A stretch of 63,999 nucleotides of DNA, the filler included, from Stramenopiles sp. TOSAG23-2 (Eukaryota): the NCBI GenBank assembly GCA_900128395.1. It is 3 parts of 3 records of this genome, joined end to end, with 100 filler letters (N's around TTAATTAATTAA, not from the genome) between each part and the next. Parts side by side here need not be neighbours in the genome. Positions count along the whole stretch, not along the records: positions 1 to 31,144 come from LT649375.1; positions 31,245 to 62,359 come from LT649376.1; 1 more part is not named here. One strand, 5' to 3'. The notes beneath the pieces are model-generated. The model ran no database searches, was not told where the DNA came from, and was given only the letters and a program-made list of their open reading frames with translations. The position numbers were made by a program, and so were the translations under genes. Position 1 is the first letter of the stretch, and every line of letters begins with the position of its first letter. Shown piece by piece: positions 21,989 to 34,094 of this stretch.

Positions 21989-23257
21989 CTAATCATCTGG
22001 AACTTCAAATTCGTCTGACATTCCACTAATTCCAGACATTCCTGACATTCCACGCCCTCTATTCCTAGATGAACGTACTTCTTGTTGTAACATATTTAAT
22101 GTTTGTTGCATTGTAGAATATGTCGCAGTAAGAGACTTCAAATTGCCTTCCAATGATTTAATAGTATTGTGTTGGTTTTTAATTTGGCTACGGTTGCTAG
22201 ATATCTCTTTTCTTAATACCCCTATCTCTACACTCATTGTTTTATTCGCTTTTGCCATTGAAACTAAAGTTCGCTGCAATTCAAATAATTCTGCGTTATT
22301 AGAATTCCAATTTCCATTCATATTACCAGATTTCTTGAAGTTTATTAAATTACTGTTGGAAAAATTTACTGAGCTTGCAGTTTTTCTATCAGAGGGCCTT
22401 CTGTTGACTTTTGTTTTTGTTTTGCTTTCATTCAATTGCATTTGAGTGGTTGTTGTCACTATTTTTGTTTCTTCACTTTTAATTTTTACATTTTTCTTAT
22501 TTACAACTTTTTGTCGTTTTGCATTTTTTCCATTTGATTTTATGCTGTTATTATTATTATTATTATTATTGTTACTTTTATTATTATCAGTACCTGGCAC
22601 AACTAATGCTTTTTTCGATGTGCCACGTTTTCTTTTAATATTCTTCATATCGTCTTTTGCTTCACGCCTAAATAAAGGGTTGCTAAATTGTCTCATATTC
22701 GGCTCTTGATGAATAGTATAAAAATTGTACATATTCAATTGCCTCAAAAATGATGAGAATTTATCGTGTTTAAAATAACGTGGGAGGATGTGCTTTGAGA
22801 ACTCTGCTACACGTTTCACAATAATGCTTGTCCCATCTTTGCCCCAAGCAATGTAATCTTCTAAACCATCTTCTGATAGCATGTTGTACAATTTTTCTAG
22901 AAACGGTGGTACAACGGAAGAATTACGGCCACCTTTACCTTTTTTCTCTTTGGTAAATTTTGTCACTTCCCCTTTTGCCCCCTTGGCTTTACCTTTACGA
23001 AATTGACGATAATTTTGTCGATATTTATTGAATTTTGCCACTGCTATATCATCCCCAACCTCAAAGAAAGGTATTGAAAGTGGAGAGTCAGGAGATTCAT
23101 TTCCATCTTCCAAGTTGTTCGTATCATCTTCCAAACCATCAAACAACGAGTCGTTGCTAACGTCATCATCATATAAAAAACTAAAGTCCTGTTGAGATGC
23201 AGAAGCGTCAGAGGAATAACTCATTTTTCTAGATATGGAACTAGGACTACCTTCCAT
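21989..23257 (-). CDS. Heat-shock-factor type transcription factor
   Basis: HSF DNA-binding domain (PFLEKLYNML...IAW...FKHDKFSSFLRQLNMYNF) plus a C-terminal coiled coil. Confidence 0.92.
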   Translation of the reverse strand: MEGSPSSISRKMSYSSDASASQQDFSFLYDDDVSNDSLFDGLEDDTNNLEDGNESPDSPLSIPFFEVGDDIAVAKFNKYRQNYRQFRKGKAKGAKGEVTKFTKEKKGKGGRNSSVVPPFLEKLYNMLSEDGLEDYIAWGKDGTSIIVKRVAEFSKHILPRYFKHDKFSSFLRQLNMYNFYTIHQEPNMRQFSNPLFRREAKDDMKNIKRKRGTSKKALVVPGTDNNKSNNNNNNNNNSIKSNGKNAKRQKVVNKKNVKIKSEETKIVTTTTQMQLNESKTKTKVNRRPSDRKTASSVNFSNSNLINFKKSGNMNGNWNSNNAELFELQRTLVSMAKANKTMSVEIGVLRKEISSNRSQIKNQHNTIKSLEGNLKSLTATYSTMQQTLNMLQQEVRSSRNRGRGMSGMSGISGMSDEFEVPDD

Positions 23258-24036
23258 TTTCCTTTCACACTATAATAAATATTAACAGCAGCAGAGTTTT
23301 TGTCTTCAAAACTCCAAAAAATAAACACTTGTCTTACACTATTACACCAGATCTATATGTTTGCACGACGACAAGGTGTTATATCATCTATCTTATATAT
23401 ATTATATCTTTAATCTACAACCACTAAATAACACATGGCAAATATAAACTATTAATACATGTAAATTAGTTTTTTTTTAGTGAGATATTATTTTATATGT
23501 GTCCAACACTTATAATACCATCATCACACCATTGAATTAGTGAGAGAACTGGCCATTTATATTATTATTATTCTGACGATCTTTTCTTTTTTGCGACAAT
23601 GCTGTGTAATGTATATAATACATGTAATTGTGTCCATATTGGACACGCAGATGGCACAGCGAAGAGCAGAGAGTATGCTCTAATTTCCATTTCAAGTATA
23701 AATAAATGATAGTCCTTTGATAGGAGAATATTTTTCCATTTGGTTTTTTTGTGATGATGTGATGATGGATTATCTACTCGATCCCCTCATCTTCGCCTGC
23801 TACAGCCCAAAATCAGGAATTCTGAGCGCTAATGGATTATCCACACCAGAGCAAAACAGTATACATATACATGTATATATCCCTCTATTCAAATACAAAT
23901 GGTTATGAAAATGTTAGTTTATTTAATATCGAGAATCATAATCATGGCATAACATCGATACTATTTTTGAGAAAATTCTAAGCATTTAAGCTAATATGAA
24001 AAAAGTAGAACCCAAAATATCAAATAAACATCAAAA

Positions 24037-24321
24037 ATGAATAAAGACAAAGCTGGTATGACGTTGGATCAAATTGATCGTATTGAAATTAATGAAGCAT
24101 TTGCTGCACAATTTATTGCATGTGAATTAGGTTTGAATCGTGATATATGTAATGTGAATGGTGGTGCAATTGCATTGGGTAATCCAACTGGTGCTAGTGG
24201 TAGTCGTATTATAGGACATTTAGCACATCAAATGAAAAATGATAAAGATTTAAAATATACAATTGGTAGTGCATGTATTGGTGGTGGACAAGGTATTGCT
24301 ATTTTACTAGAAAATTGTTAA
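24037..24321 (+). pseudogene. Thiolase (ACAA2-like) C-terminal fragment
   Basis: EINEAFA, NVNGGAIALG and SACIGGGQG motifs are present. The N-terminal three quarters are absent and the catalytic GHP motif reads GNP. Confidence 0.8.
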
Positions 24322-24458
24322 AAATGATTTACAATATATATATTACCGTACGAATAATATATTTTATATTTAAGTTTACGCATGTAATTTATTTTTTTAT
24401 AAATAATTTAACACTCTCATAGTAATATATGACCCGATTTATCTGAGATACAAATTAT

Positions 24459-24616
24459 AATGCACGAGGTTTGATAGTAAAATATGTGTAATTTGTACTT
24501 ATTAGTATAATAAANNNNNNNNNNNNNNNNNNNNNNNNNNNNNNNNNNNNNNNNNNNNNNAATGCACGAGGTTTGATAGTAAAATATGTGTAATTTGTAC
24601 TTATTAGTATAATAAA
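24459..24616. other. Scaffold gap flanked by an identical 56-bp overlap
   Basis: 24459-24514 equals 24561-24616 on either side of an N-run, typical of an unmerged assembly overlap. Confidence 0.9.
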
Positions 24617-25299
24617 ATTTTATTTGACAACTGGAAGCTCTACTATCATTAGTCGAGATCCTCGCCTTCTTCGCTTGAAAATTCCATAAATGCATAATAT
24701 TAATATCCCGGATTTATGTGGTCCCGATTGACACTTGCCCATCACACATCCCTGTGCAGGTCAACCATATGCATACAAACGCTTTCCTGCTTCTTGTAGG
24801 AACCATTCTTGCGAATATTATATCCCTAGTACCAGCCGAGCTCATCATCTGGTAATTTTAGTCGAAATTGTTTTGTCAAATTTTTGCATTTTCTGTCAGC
24901 ATTGAACTTCAAGATTGCTGATGTTTTGGACGTTACAAAATCCGTTGCCTTGCCGGCTTCACGCTTTGTAGGGTTTAAACCTTTAATAGCGTAATACGTT
25001 CCAATAGCAAGAGAGGGTTGCTTTTCAAAATCGCCATGTACACAGCGAAGCCTGATTGTGGCATAAAGAATAACTTTCCATTGTTGTGCATCATTGGCAT
25101 AAATGGCGGAGACAATTGATGAAGCGGAAGCCCCTTGAAATTGTTTCACCAAGTGTGGTTATCTTTAATATCCTTAAAAATCCAACCCTCAGTTTTAGAC
25201 ACATACAAATTTATTAAATACAAACAAAACAAAATTCATTTATATATCGTACATCCCCTGTAAAATATGCGCCGTCCCAAGCTCTCTCTTATTCTTTTT

Positions 25300-28200
25300 T
25301 TACATAGATTTAAATTGAGATATATCCAACATATTTAAAGCTGCTGTAATTTCTTCTTCCATCTCTTCTGACATTTCTTCCTCGCCTATTTCTTTTTCCA
25401 TTTCTTCCTCCTCTTTTCCAGCATCTCCAACAAGACCTGCTACCGTGCCTAACCCCATTGGTAACAAGCTATTAATTACTGAATTAAAAATATCTGGTTT
25501 ACCAAACGCGCTTATGCCCAAGTATACAAATGATAATAAGAACAATAAGACAGCAAAAGCAACAAGGAACTGCGAAGAAAGTTGCATTATGTCTTTTTTA
25601 AATTTTCTTAATAAAAATCGCGTAAGTTCATCTTCAATTTGCAGTAAAATATGGAAAAAACCTTCCATATCAATTAGACCTGCAGCAGTTGAGTCTCCAA
25701 TACAAAGCAATTCTAATGCCTTATGGTCAGTTAATTCTATATTGTAGCATTTCATGACAGTTTGGAAATCATATAAGTTCAAATATCCTAACCTTGATTT
25801 ATCGAATGTGGAAAAGACAATAGCCACTTGTCGATTTCGTACATTTGAAATATCATCATCTTCCTCATTATCAGCCCCATCGTTTTGCTCGTCGTCATTG
25901 GTGTTATTTAGATCAGTTGGAACAACAATCTCATCGCCACTACCAATTAATGGGAAAATTCGTAATAGTAAATTGCTAATATCTATCATTAAAGCATCAT
26001 TATATTCTCCAAGCTCTCGTCCTATTAATCCAAAACTTTTCATATCTGAACGCGCAAGAGACATAATAGCTTTTGCTTCATTTACAGGACATCTTGAAGG
26101 TGGCCTGAAGTGTAAATCCATGTCAATTGAAGTGGAATTGTCATCTGGATAAGTAAAACATTTGCTAAATGCTTTACATGCTGTATCAAATGCTTCATTT
26201 TCTGCTTCCTCTGAATCCTGGGGACTGCAAAGGTTCACAATACTTCTGATCAGTTGATTTGTAATTTGTGGATCTCCATCAGGCATTGTTTTCCTGGAAA
26301 ATCCTTTCAACGAATCTTTGATTTGATCCATACTGTGGAGCGTAGCGTTATGAAAGTGTAATATGTTAGAGTTTATATCTACTATGGATATAGAGAAATA
26401 TAATTGTACTTACTACGTTGGTGCATCTGTTGATGCAAGAAACAAAGCATTTAACTCCTTTAAAAGCTCGTCGTCTTCAATATAATTTGCAAAAATAGTT
26501 TTCAACGATGTACCTATACTGCTGTCTCCTCCTTTACCTATGTTTGCTTTTCCAGAAGCATACAATTGGCATAATGATTCCACACTATCAATTAAGACAC
26601 TATTCTGTTTTTGCATGTCTACACTTAATTTTGGTAGCATGGAATTCTGACATCTTTTACGTATAATTAGCGGCAGTTGTTTAAATGGAAAAAATTTCGA
26701 AGCATCTAATGCAAATTCTTTAAAGTACACATGTAAACGATTTGCTACATATCCAATCTCTTTGTATAAATCTTTTTTACTAGATTTTTCACATAAACTT
26801 TGCAAATCACATGTAATAGTTGAAAATAAAAATTCGAACACTTTTTCTGAAGTTTCAAGTGGCAAATTTAAAAATTTGGAAAATCCAATTTTATGAGTTT
26901 CATTAAATTTACCTTGTCCGAAGCGCTTCTTTGTCACAGCTATTAAACCCGGTATTATATATTTATATACATCATTTACTATTTCATGTTTTTTATCATA
27001 TATCTTGCTATCTTTAACAACCATGCTTTGAACCCAATCTTCAAATGCAACAATATTATTTGTCAAAATGGAATAATACAGTTTGAAAAAGCCATCTTTT
27101 ATATTGAAAGTTCTGGATTTTAACTTGAGAGGAAACATATTTTTTGGTTCTTCTACATTCCATGCTTTTGTCAATTCATCGCCTTTCAGCAAGGTATTAA
27201 TCTCTTCGATGATAAATGGCTTTGCTTTACGATTAAAAACTAATAATAGATGCCGTAAAAGAGTTCTTTCCACAATATCCTCAACGCCCATTTCACCAAA
27301 ATACGCATCAACAAATTTTGGATCTCGAGAAGCAACAGCCAGCAAAAAATTAGTGATAAAAAGATCTTCAGCCCCGTCTTGTTTCTTTTTCTTTTTCTTT
27401 TTCAGCTTTCTTTTTCTTCTTCTTCCTGGTTGCCCTGATACATTGTTCGCCTTCTTTTTCGCTAATCTCCTTGCTTTTTCCCTGTTTTTTTGTCTTTTAG
27501 AAAATTTTCTTGCAAATTTATGATATAGTTCCCTTTCAATATCAACATCGGTGCCTTCATTTTTACAAACTTTGGTGATAACAAATGTGTTCCTTTCGAT
27601 TAATGCAATCAAAAAATCCCCGATTGTTATTTTCTTGTTTTGTTGTTTGACTTTTCCATCATATGACTCCGTGAAATATTTAAATATTGTTTTGCAAGCT
27701 TGCAAACTTACATGGCCTCTACATTGTGCACAAAGTATAATGCTGCAGATGAGTTGTGGCTGCAGATCTAGATTTGAACAAGTAGCAGTGACCCAATCCA
27801 ACACTATTTGTTGGTTCAATGAAGCTCCACTTACAAATGCCATACAAGTGGAAGAATTTGCGCGTATGCGATCGCAAATAAGCTTGACATCCTTGCGTAT
27901 TTTATTTTCATTTCCAATTGCAATATTTAAGAAGGACAAAACTATTTCAGGATCTAATGATAAATAAGAACATAAAACACTGCAATGGGTTTGAATGCTG
28001 CCAATATCATTTGCTGCTAATGCTGCGACAGCAGTCACTACTTCTGTCTTGGGGTGAATTTTAGAACTGACTACACCAACGGTGTTTGAAACTTCCCAGG
28101 CTTCTTTATTTTTACTAGCAAGGTGCAGCAAAAATTCTAAACCTGGCTTACTTTTTTTTCCTACACGCCCAAGCTTTAATTTCACGAGCATATTTGATAA

Positions 28201-31143
28201 TATTTTATATTCGTCAAATGTCAATTCCGCGTTTGCATTATTTGTTTTTTTGTATTTTATTTGTTTAAAACAACAATTTTTGCTTTGTCTATTGTGTGTT
28301 CTTTGACCTTTATTAGGCCCCTCCTTGATAATGCCACAAGCACATAGAGCACAACATGTTTGAAAGCTTTTTCCGCTATCACAACCATCGCATACGGCAA
28401 AAGAGCATTTCCCTCGTTTATTATGTACCCGTTTGCCCGAGCTATCACGAACCTCAACGCAATGACAACTTGCACAGCAATTCTCAAACTCTTCGCTATT
28501 GTCACAAGTACATGTTACACGACAGCACTCATTAGACGAATCTTCGTGCGTTCTTTTACCTTTATCTAGCCCTTCTTTGATAAGACCACAAATACATGGT
28601 CCGCAGCATTCTTTAAACTTTTCGCCACTCCCACAGGTGCATGGAGCACAGCAGTTTTTACTCTTTTTACCACTACCACACTTGCACAGGTGATTGCCTT
28701 GGACTTCTAAGACTTTATCTGCTGAACCAGATGCAACACTAACAATAAATTGTAGCTGCACATAAATCTGTGCCTCCTCCATTGCTTCTTGTAGAGCTTT
28801 CTTCTCAAATTTTTCCACATTGAAAGTCTTATTTTCTTTTTCTGCTTTATCTTTTGCTTTATCTCTCATTTTTTGAGTAATAGTTTTGAAATTCTTTTTC
28901 CTTCTAAAAGTGTAATTACCATTTAATATTAAACGCAATATGTTTATCAAATCGATATATTTCATATCGTCGTTGACATGCTCCATAAGTGCATCCAACA
29001 AATTTTTGGTATCATCGTCATCGCTTAGCTTACAAAGTTTGTCTTCAATTGAATTGTCTCCAGTGCGTTTATATCGTCCTTTTAATATGATCTCAAAAAT
29101 ATCATTGAAACTAAGATCCTCGTCTTCTGATTGTTCTGCATCTGTTTCCACGTCTGTGTCAGTATCACCTTTGTCTTTATCATCATCATCATTGTCGTCC
29201 TCGTCGTCATCATCATCGCCCTGTCCTTCTCCTTCTTTCGCGTCGTCTTCTTCTTCATCTTCATCTTCCTCGTCCATCTCAAATATATTTAGAAGCGATT
29301 CAAGAACCTCATCCATACTATCTTTATTAACTTCACCCTTTAATGTTTTTGTTACTTTCGCAAGAGCGTCACTATTATCACTCTCTGGAAGTGTTGCATT
29401 TAGTATAAATAATAAAGAATCTCTATCAATTCCTTGAAATTTATATTTTTTCAATGCTTTTGCAGCAAATCTACAGGCTGTTTTTGCATGCCGTATTTCA
29501 TCCCATTGACCATACGCACTAGGGCTGAAATCCAGGGGAATGACATGCGCTTGTGACAACAAAATAAATGCTGCTGCTGCCTCAGCCATATGTTTATTCC
29601 ACTTTAATTTTTCCTTTATAAATGTCCTAACGACATTTACATCTCCTTGCACCATTCTAATTACAGAAGTTACAACTTCGATATCTCTCATTTTGTATAG
29701 TAATGCTAATGGTCGAATGGTTTGCCGAATTGCCTCTCTTTTGTCTATTTTTGCTTTTGGATTTTCATCTCGGTATACTGCCATTATAGCTCTTAAATAT
29801 CTACCGTTAATTTTTACCAAAGAAATAGAATTGCCAATTTCATCACCATGTTTATAGTCTTGATTTACAATGGCGAGCAAAGCGGCCATAACTTTCAGTG
29901 ACAAACCGCAACGGGTAAACACTTTGTTCAGAGATGAAGATGTTAAAAAACGCGATAGTGGAATAAAAGATGTCACGGATGCAGCCACAAATGACAAGCC
30001 TTCAGCAACGTCAGCATCAAAGTTTACTGCCTGGGCTAAATCTTCAATGGAATCCACTTCGCCCGTAGCCAGCGATATAAAGCCACGAGCTAAATTCTCT
30101 TCAGGAGTGTTATGATAGAAACGTTTATTACCGATGAGATCAATTAAATTCCTCTTCACTTCTTTTTGATTTCTTCTGGCGACGTTTAATATTAGATTTA
30201 TAAATGCTTCTGGAATTTGAAGCTTATTTGCCAGTATGAAATTAGCTGTATATGCTTCTTCTTTCCATGATGGCAAGGGTAAAGGTTTTGCATATTTGGT
30301 GCTAAAGGCTACATATGCTGCAGCAACCACTTCAGCCGAGAATTCCATACTTTTAACTTTATTTCTAGCATTCCGAGCGGCCCGACGGAGTTCAAGAAAT
30401 GTTTTGTAGAACCTCAATAGTCTTGGTAGACGCACTAGGCGAAATAATTTATTAGCTCGAAGCGAATTGTCTTCACTGCTGGACAATAATAATATCAGAG
30501 ATACAGGAATGGAGGCGACTGCGTCTAAAAGAAAACCCTTTTTCAAATAATTTTTTCTAATTTTGGAAAAGTTTTGTTCTACGTTACCATTGTTTCGTAC
30601 AAAAGCTGTCACAAAATTCAGCAGAATATCTCCAATGAAAAGTATATCTATGATAGAATCTAAATATAGTATCTCAACACTAACAGGACTCTCAAGGGCA
30701 ATAAATATAATAGTGGATACAACAGCATACAGCGTTAACATGGAGATAAACATATCCCATAAAAGCTTTTGCGGCGAATTTGGGTCAATTGGTTGTATTC
30801 GTATCTTCTTTTTTACAGTAGCCCTTGAATCTTTGCTTTTTTTACTGAAAGACAATGTAACATCCCTGTTTAATTCTTTAGACATGCGTCTAACAAATTT
30901 GTAAGTCCCCAATATTTTGGCTTCTGGCGTTGTCTTGCCAAACATGTCAAAAAGCAGCGACAAGCTCATGTAATCTTTGCTTTTCTTGCCTACAAAATTC
31001 TTGCTCATTTCAATTTCAAATGATCTAACATGATCACTTGACTTTCTTCCAAATCCTCTGCACAAATTCAGGATTTCAGGATCCATACTATTCCTATTGA
31101 TATATTGGCCATTGTTACCATGATGTTCGATAACATTTTCTAA
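25300..31143 (-). CDS. Large membrane protein: S1-S4 voltage-sensor-like domain, helical repeats, SEC-C-like Cys repeats, EF-hands, C-terminal TM helices; exons >31143-26414 and 26332-25300; 5' truncated by gap
   Basis: Two long ORFs are joined in frame by intron 26333-26413. IDPNSPQKLLWD...FIGDILLNFVTAF...YLKKGFLLDAVASIP...LFRLVRLPRLLR is a KCNH/CNG-type S1-S4. The frame stays open upstream of Met 31086 to the gap. Confidence 0.82.
26333..26413 (-). other. Spliceosomal intron (81 nt)
   Basis: On the minus strand: GTAAGT donor, CTCTAAC branch site and CACAG acceptor. Splicing gives TA+T = Tyr in frame with the downstream ORF and removes the apparent TAG. Confidence 0.9.
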
Positions 31144-31144
31144 T

Positions 31145-31243
31145 NNNNNNNNNNNNNNNNNNNNNNNNNNNNNNNNNNNNNNNNNNNNTTAATTAATTAA
31201 NNNNNNNNNNNNNNNNNNNNNNNNNNNNNNNNNNNNNNNNNNN
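31145..31243. other. Artificial contig spacer (N-run, TTAATTAATTAA, N-run)
   Basis: Six-frame stop linker within Ns; neighbouring sequences are not necessarily adjacent in the genome. Confidence 0.95.
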
Positions 31244-33215
31244 NGAGCGATTGCAACAACATTTTCTTTTGCGATGAGATAATTTGCGACTCCATCGTAT
31301 TGATGAAATTGGCAACTTTTTTCAATTGAACAGCATAACGAAAATATTTTTCTCCATCTTTCACTGCACGTTGAATTGCTTTTGGAATTGCATATCCAAG
31401 TCCAGATAATTGTCGTGTATCTCGCAATAATTCTGCAAGTGATTCACTATAATTGACAATCATGTTGCCACTATCATGGTGGATTTCCATCAATCTACCG
31501 CTAACTTGTACGGATAATTCATCATTGTTCAGCTGATCTTCAATTTTTTCTTGCCAATCTCGTACTTGATCTTTGACCCATTTTTCCAACTTATCATGTA
31601 AGGCCTCTGCACGATCTTTAAACTCTTCAAATGAATCAAGATCTGAAAACATTGTTGATACAGCTTTTAAAGTATACTTCACTTTGTTTCTCAATTGCTT
31701 GCCCCAAACAACATTATTTACACAAAATGACGTGTTTTTACCTGTTGGTGGCTGATTTCTTCCATTTGAATTGCGATTATTACTACCACGATAAACATCA
31801 ACGGCTGATGATCGATTTTCAAAATCTTCCTCAATTTGTTCCAAATGAGTCAATAAGCGTACTAATAATGTTTCACGCTCGCTTTGCAATGCTTGTGCAA
31901 TGTTTGGTCGGCGTAACAATTGTTTGTACCTTGCAAATTCTCTTAAAAGTTGCTGTGGCTGATCGCTCATGGATTGAATTTGTTTTCGAAAATTACCAGC
32001 AATATGTCTTTCAACAGGTGCTAACAGTTCTTCATATGCTTTCACGGCACGTTGCCATTTTGCATCGGTATATGCAGAGTAATGCAATGGTTTTTTGCCT
32101 TCAAATGGCTTAAACATGTTGTCAACATCTAATTGGCGGCGATCAGAGGAAGAAAGTAAACGTAAAAGTTCTTCATGCATGGAACGTAAACGACCAACTT
32201 GTTCAACACGTTTACTGAAGTTTTTCAAATATTCATCTTCATATACATCATCTTTCCATGGATGTTCATCACTACCTGCCCAGTATTTACCAGTCAAATC
32301 TTTCGTCGTCCTGTTCCATTTTTCACATAAACGTACTGCTTGCAATAATGCTCCGCGTACTTGTGTAAAGGGTCCATTCCATACATTTATTTTTCCAATC
32401 TTTTTTTGAACAAATTGTCCAATAGAACTTGCAATAACACCAAATAAATGTTTCATTCGTTCTTGTGGATATTGATCATCACTATCAACATCTTCTTTCC
32501 ACACATCGTCTAAGCAATTATGTGTATCTTCCAAAAGATCAATAACTTCAGCAAATTTTAATTCGTTTAATGATGAAAATTTACTACCAACAGTTTCAAA
32601 ATAATCTCGGAATTTACCAGCCGGCCCACGTCTTGAACGTGATGCTTTCGATGACCAATATTCATATTCATCCTCTACTGAATTAATACTCGTAAAATTA
32701 TCTTCCTCTTCCTTATCATCGTCGTTAGAACGAACAGCACTTGCTAAGCGTTTATCCAGCTGTGCAAGTAATTCACCTAACTGTGGATCAACGTTTTCAC
32801 CACCTGATTCTAGCAACGATGGCAAGTACAATGAATGTAAGTTTATATATAAATTTTGCAACGTATTTTGCGTACGTCCAAAGGTAGATATTAAAATATT
32901 ATCAGTTATATTTGCATCCGTTAGTGGTTCAGCATTTCGTTTCACAAACTGAACACCACTTGTTGTTGTTCCATTATTATTATTATCTTTTGAGCTGGAT
33001 ATTCGAGTAGAAAAATCGACTACAACAGTGCCATTATCATTCCTAACAGTAACCTTCAATCGTTTACAATCTAAATTGTCTAGAAATTCAAACACTTCAT
33101 TATCTTGAAAAATGCTTGGAGATAGAGTTCCTATTTTAATATTACAACTACCAAGCACGACATTTTGAATATAATCAACACGTGGATCAGAGTTTGTATC
33201 TGTTTTCGATGACAT
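31244..33215 (-). CDS. DYNC2H1: Cytoplasmic dynein 2 heavy chain, N-terminal part (3' truncated by gap)
   Basis: DHC_N1 tail motifs typical of IFT dynein: EDEYEYW, LDDVWK...YPQERMKHLF, LTGKYW...HPWK, LKKVANFIN.M..QII.SQK.MLL. Confidence 0.85.
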
Positions 33216-34094
33216 CCTTTTTTTTTTTAACTATTTATTTAAATTATATATTCAAATATATGTATGTGTGGGTGTGTGTATATATATATATATAGTTCTA
33301 ATATATTGATTCTCCAATAGAAAACAAAAACAACAATAGTTGTGCAAAAATGTGAATTTAATAAATTATTGAAATCAATAAAGATATACTCTGTTACATG
33401 AAGCACAAAAGATAAAACTATTATGTATTACATTGAATCAGTAAATATATATAATAATACTTATATATATTGTTTTCGTTATCATCATGTTCAGTATTAT
33501 TAAAATCCAATAGTATTACGTTATAAAAAATTTCGAAATGATAAAATTATAAAAAAAACGATGAATTTTGAAATTATTCGACTCTATCACCTCTGTGTGT
33601 GGTGGTATAAATTGTGTGGTGTACTAACTTTGTAGTATATTTATGAAATAGTACCTATTTGATATTTTGTATTTTACGAGACGGACTGAATAAATCCAAC
33701 AAATAGTATAAGTAATACCAGAATACTGTGGATGTACTATTATACCTGGTAGTATTAAGGTAGTAATACAACTAAAAATACACAAATACACAAAACTTGT
33801 CATGTTGTAGATAGGCATAGAAAGATACTACTGAATAATAATAAGAAATATAATGATGTAGGTAATAAATAATAATAGTACATTTACATGACCAGTTCTA
33901 GAATTGCATTGCAATTGTACATATAAATAATTTAAATTTAAAAATGTATAGTTCATTTTTCCAATAATATATGTAAAACAAACAACATTTCATTTGCAAT
34001 ACTATAATATAAGCATTGAATCCATAAATTATTATTAAAAATCACTGATAATTATAATACAACAAAGCATCATAGAAATTATTAAAAAATAAAT

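Noticed and set aside
24459-24616. Direct repeat around an N-gap
   Set aside because: Unmerged contig overlap from scaffolding.
26413-26415. TAG between two long ORFs as possible read-through or alternative genetic code
   Set aside because: Fully explained by a canonical intron whose donor overlaps the TAG; other genes use TAA, TAG and TGA as normal stops.
31189-31200. Palindromic TTAATTAATTAA (also at 62404-62415)
   Set aside because: Artificial six-frame-stop linker inside N-runs, not biological.
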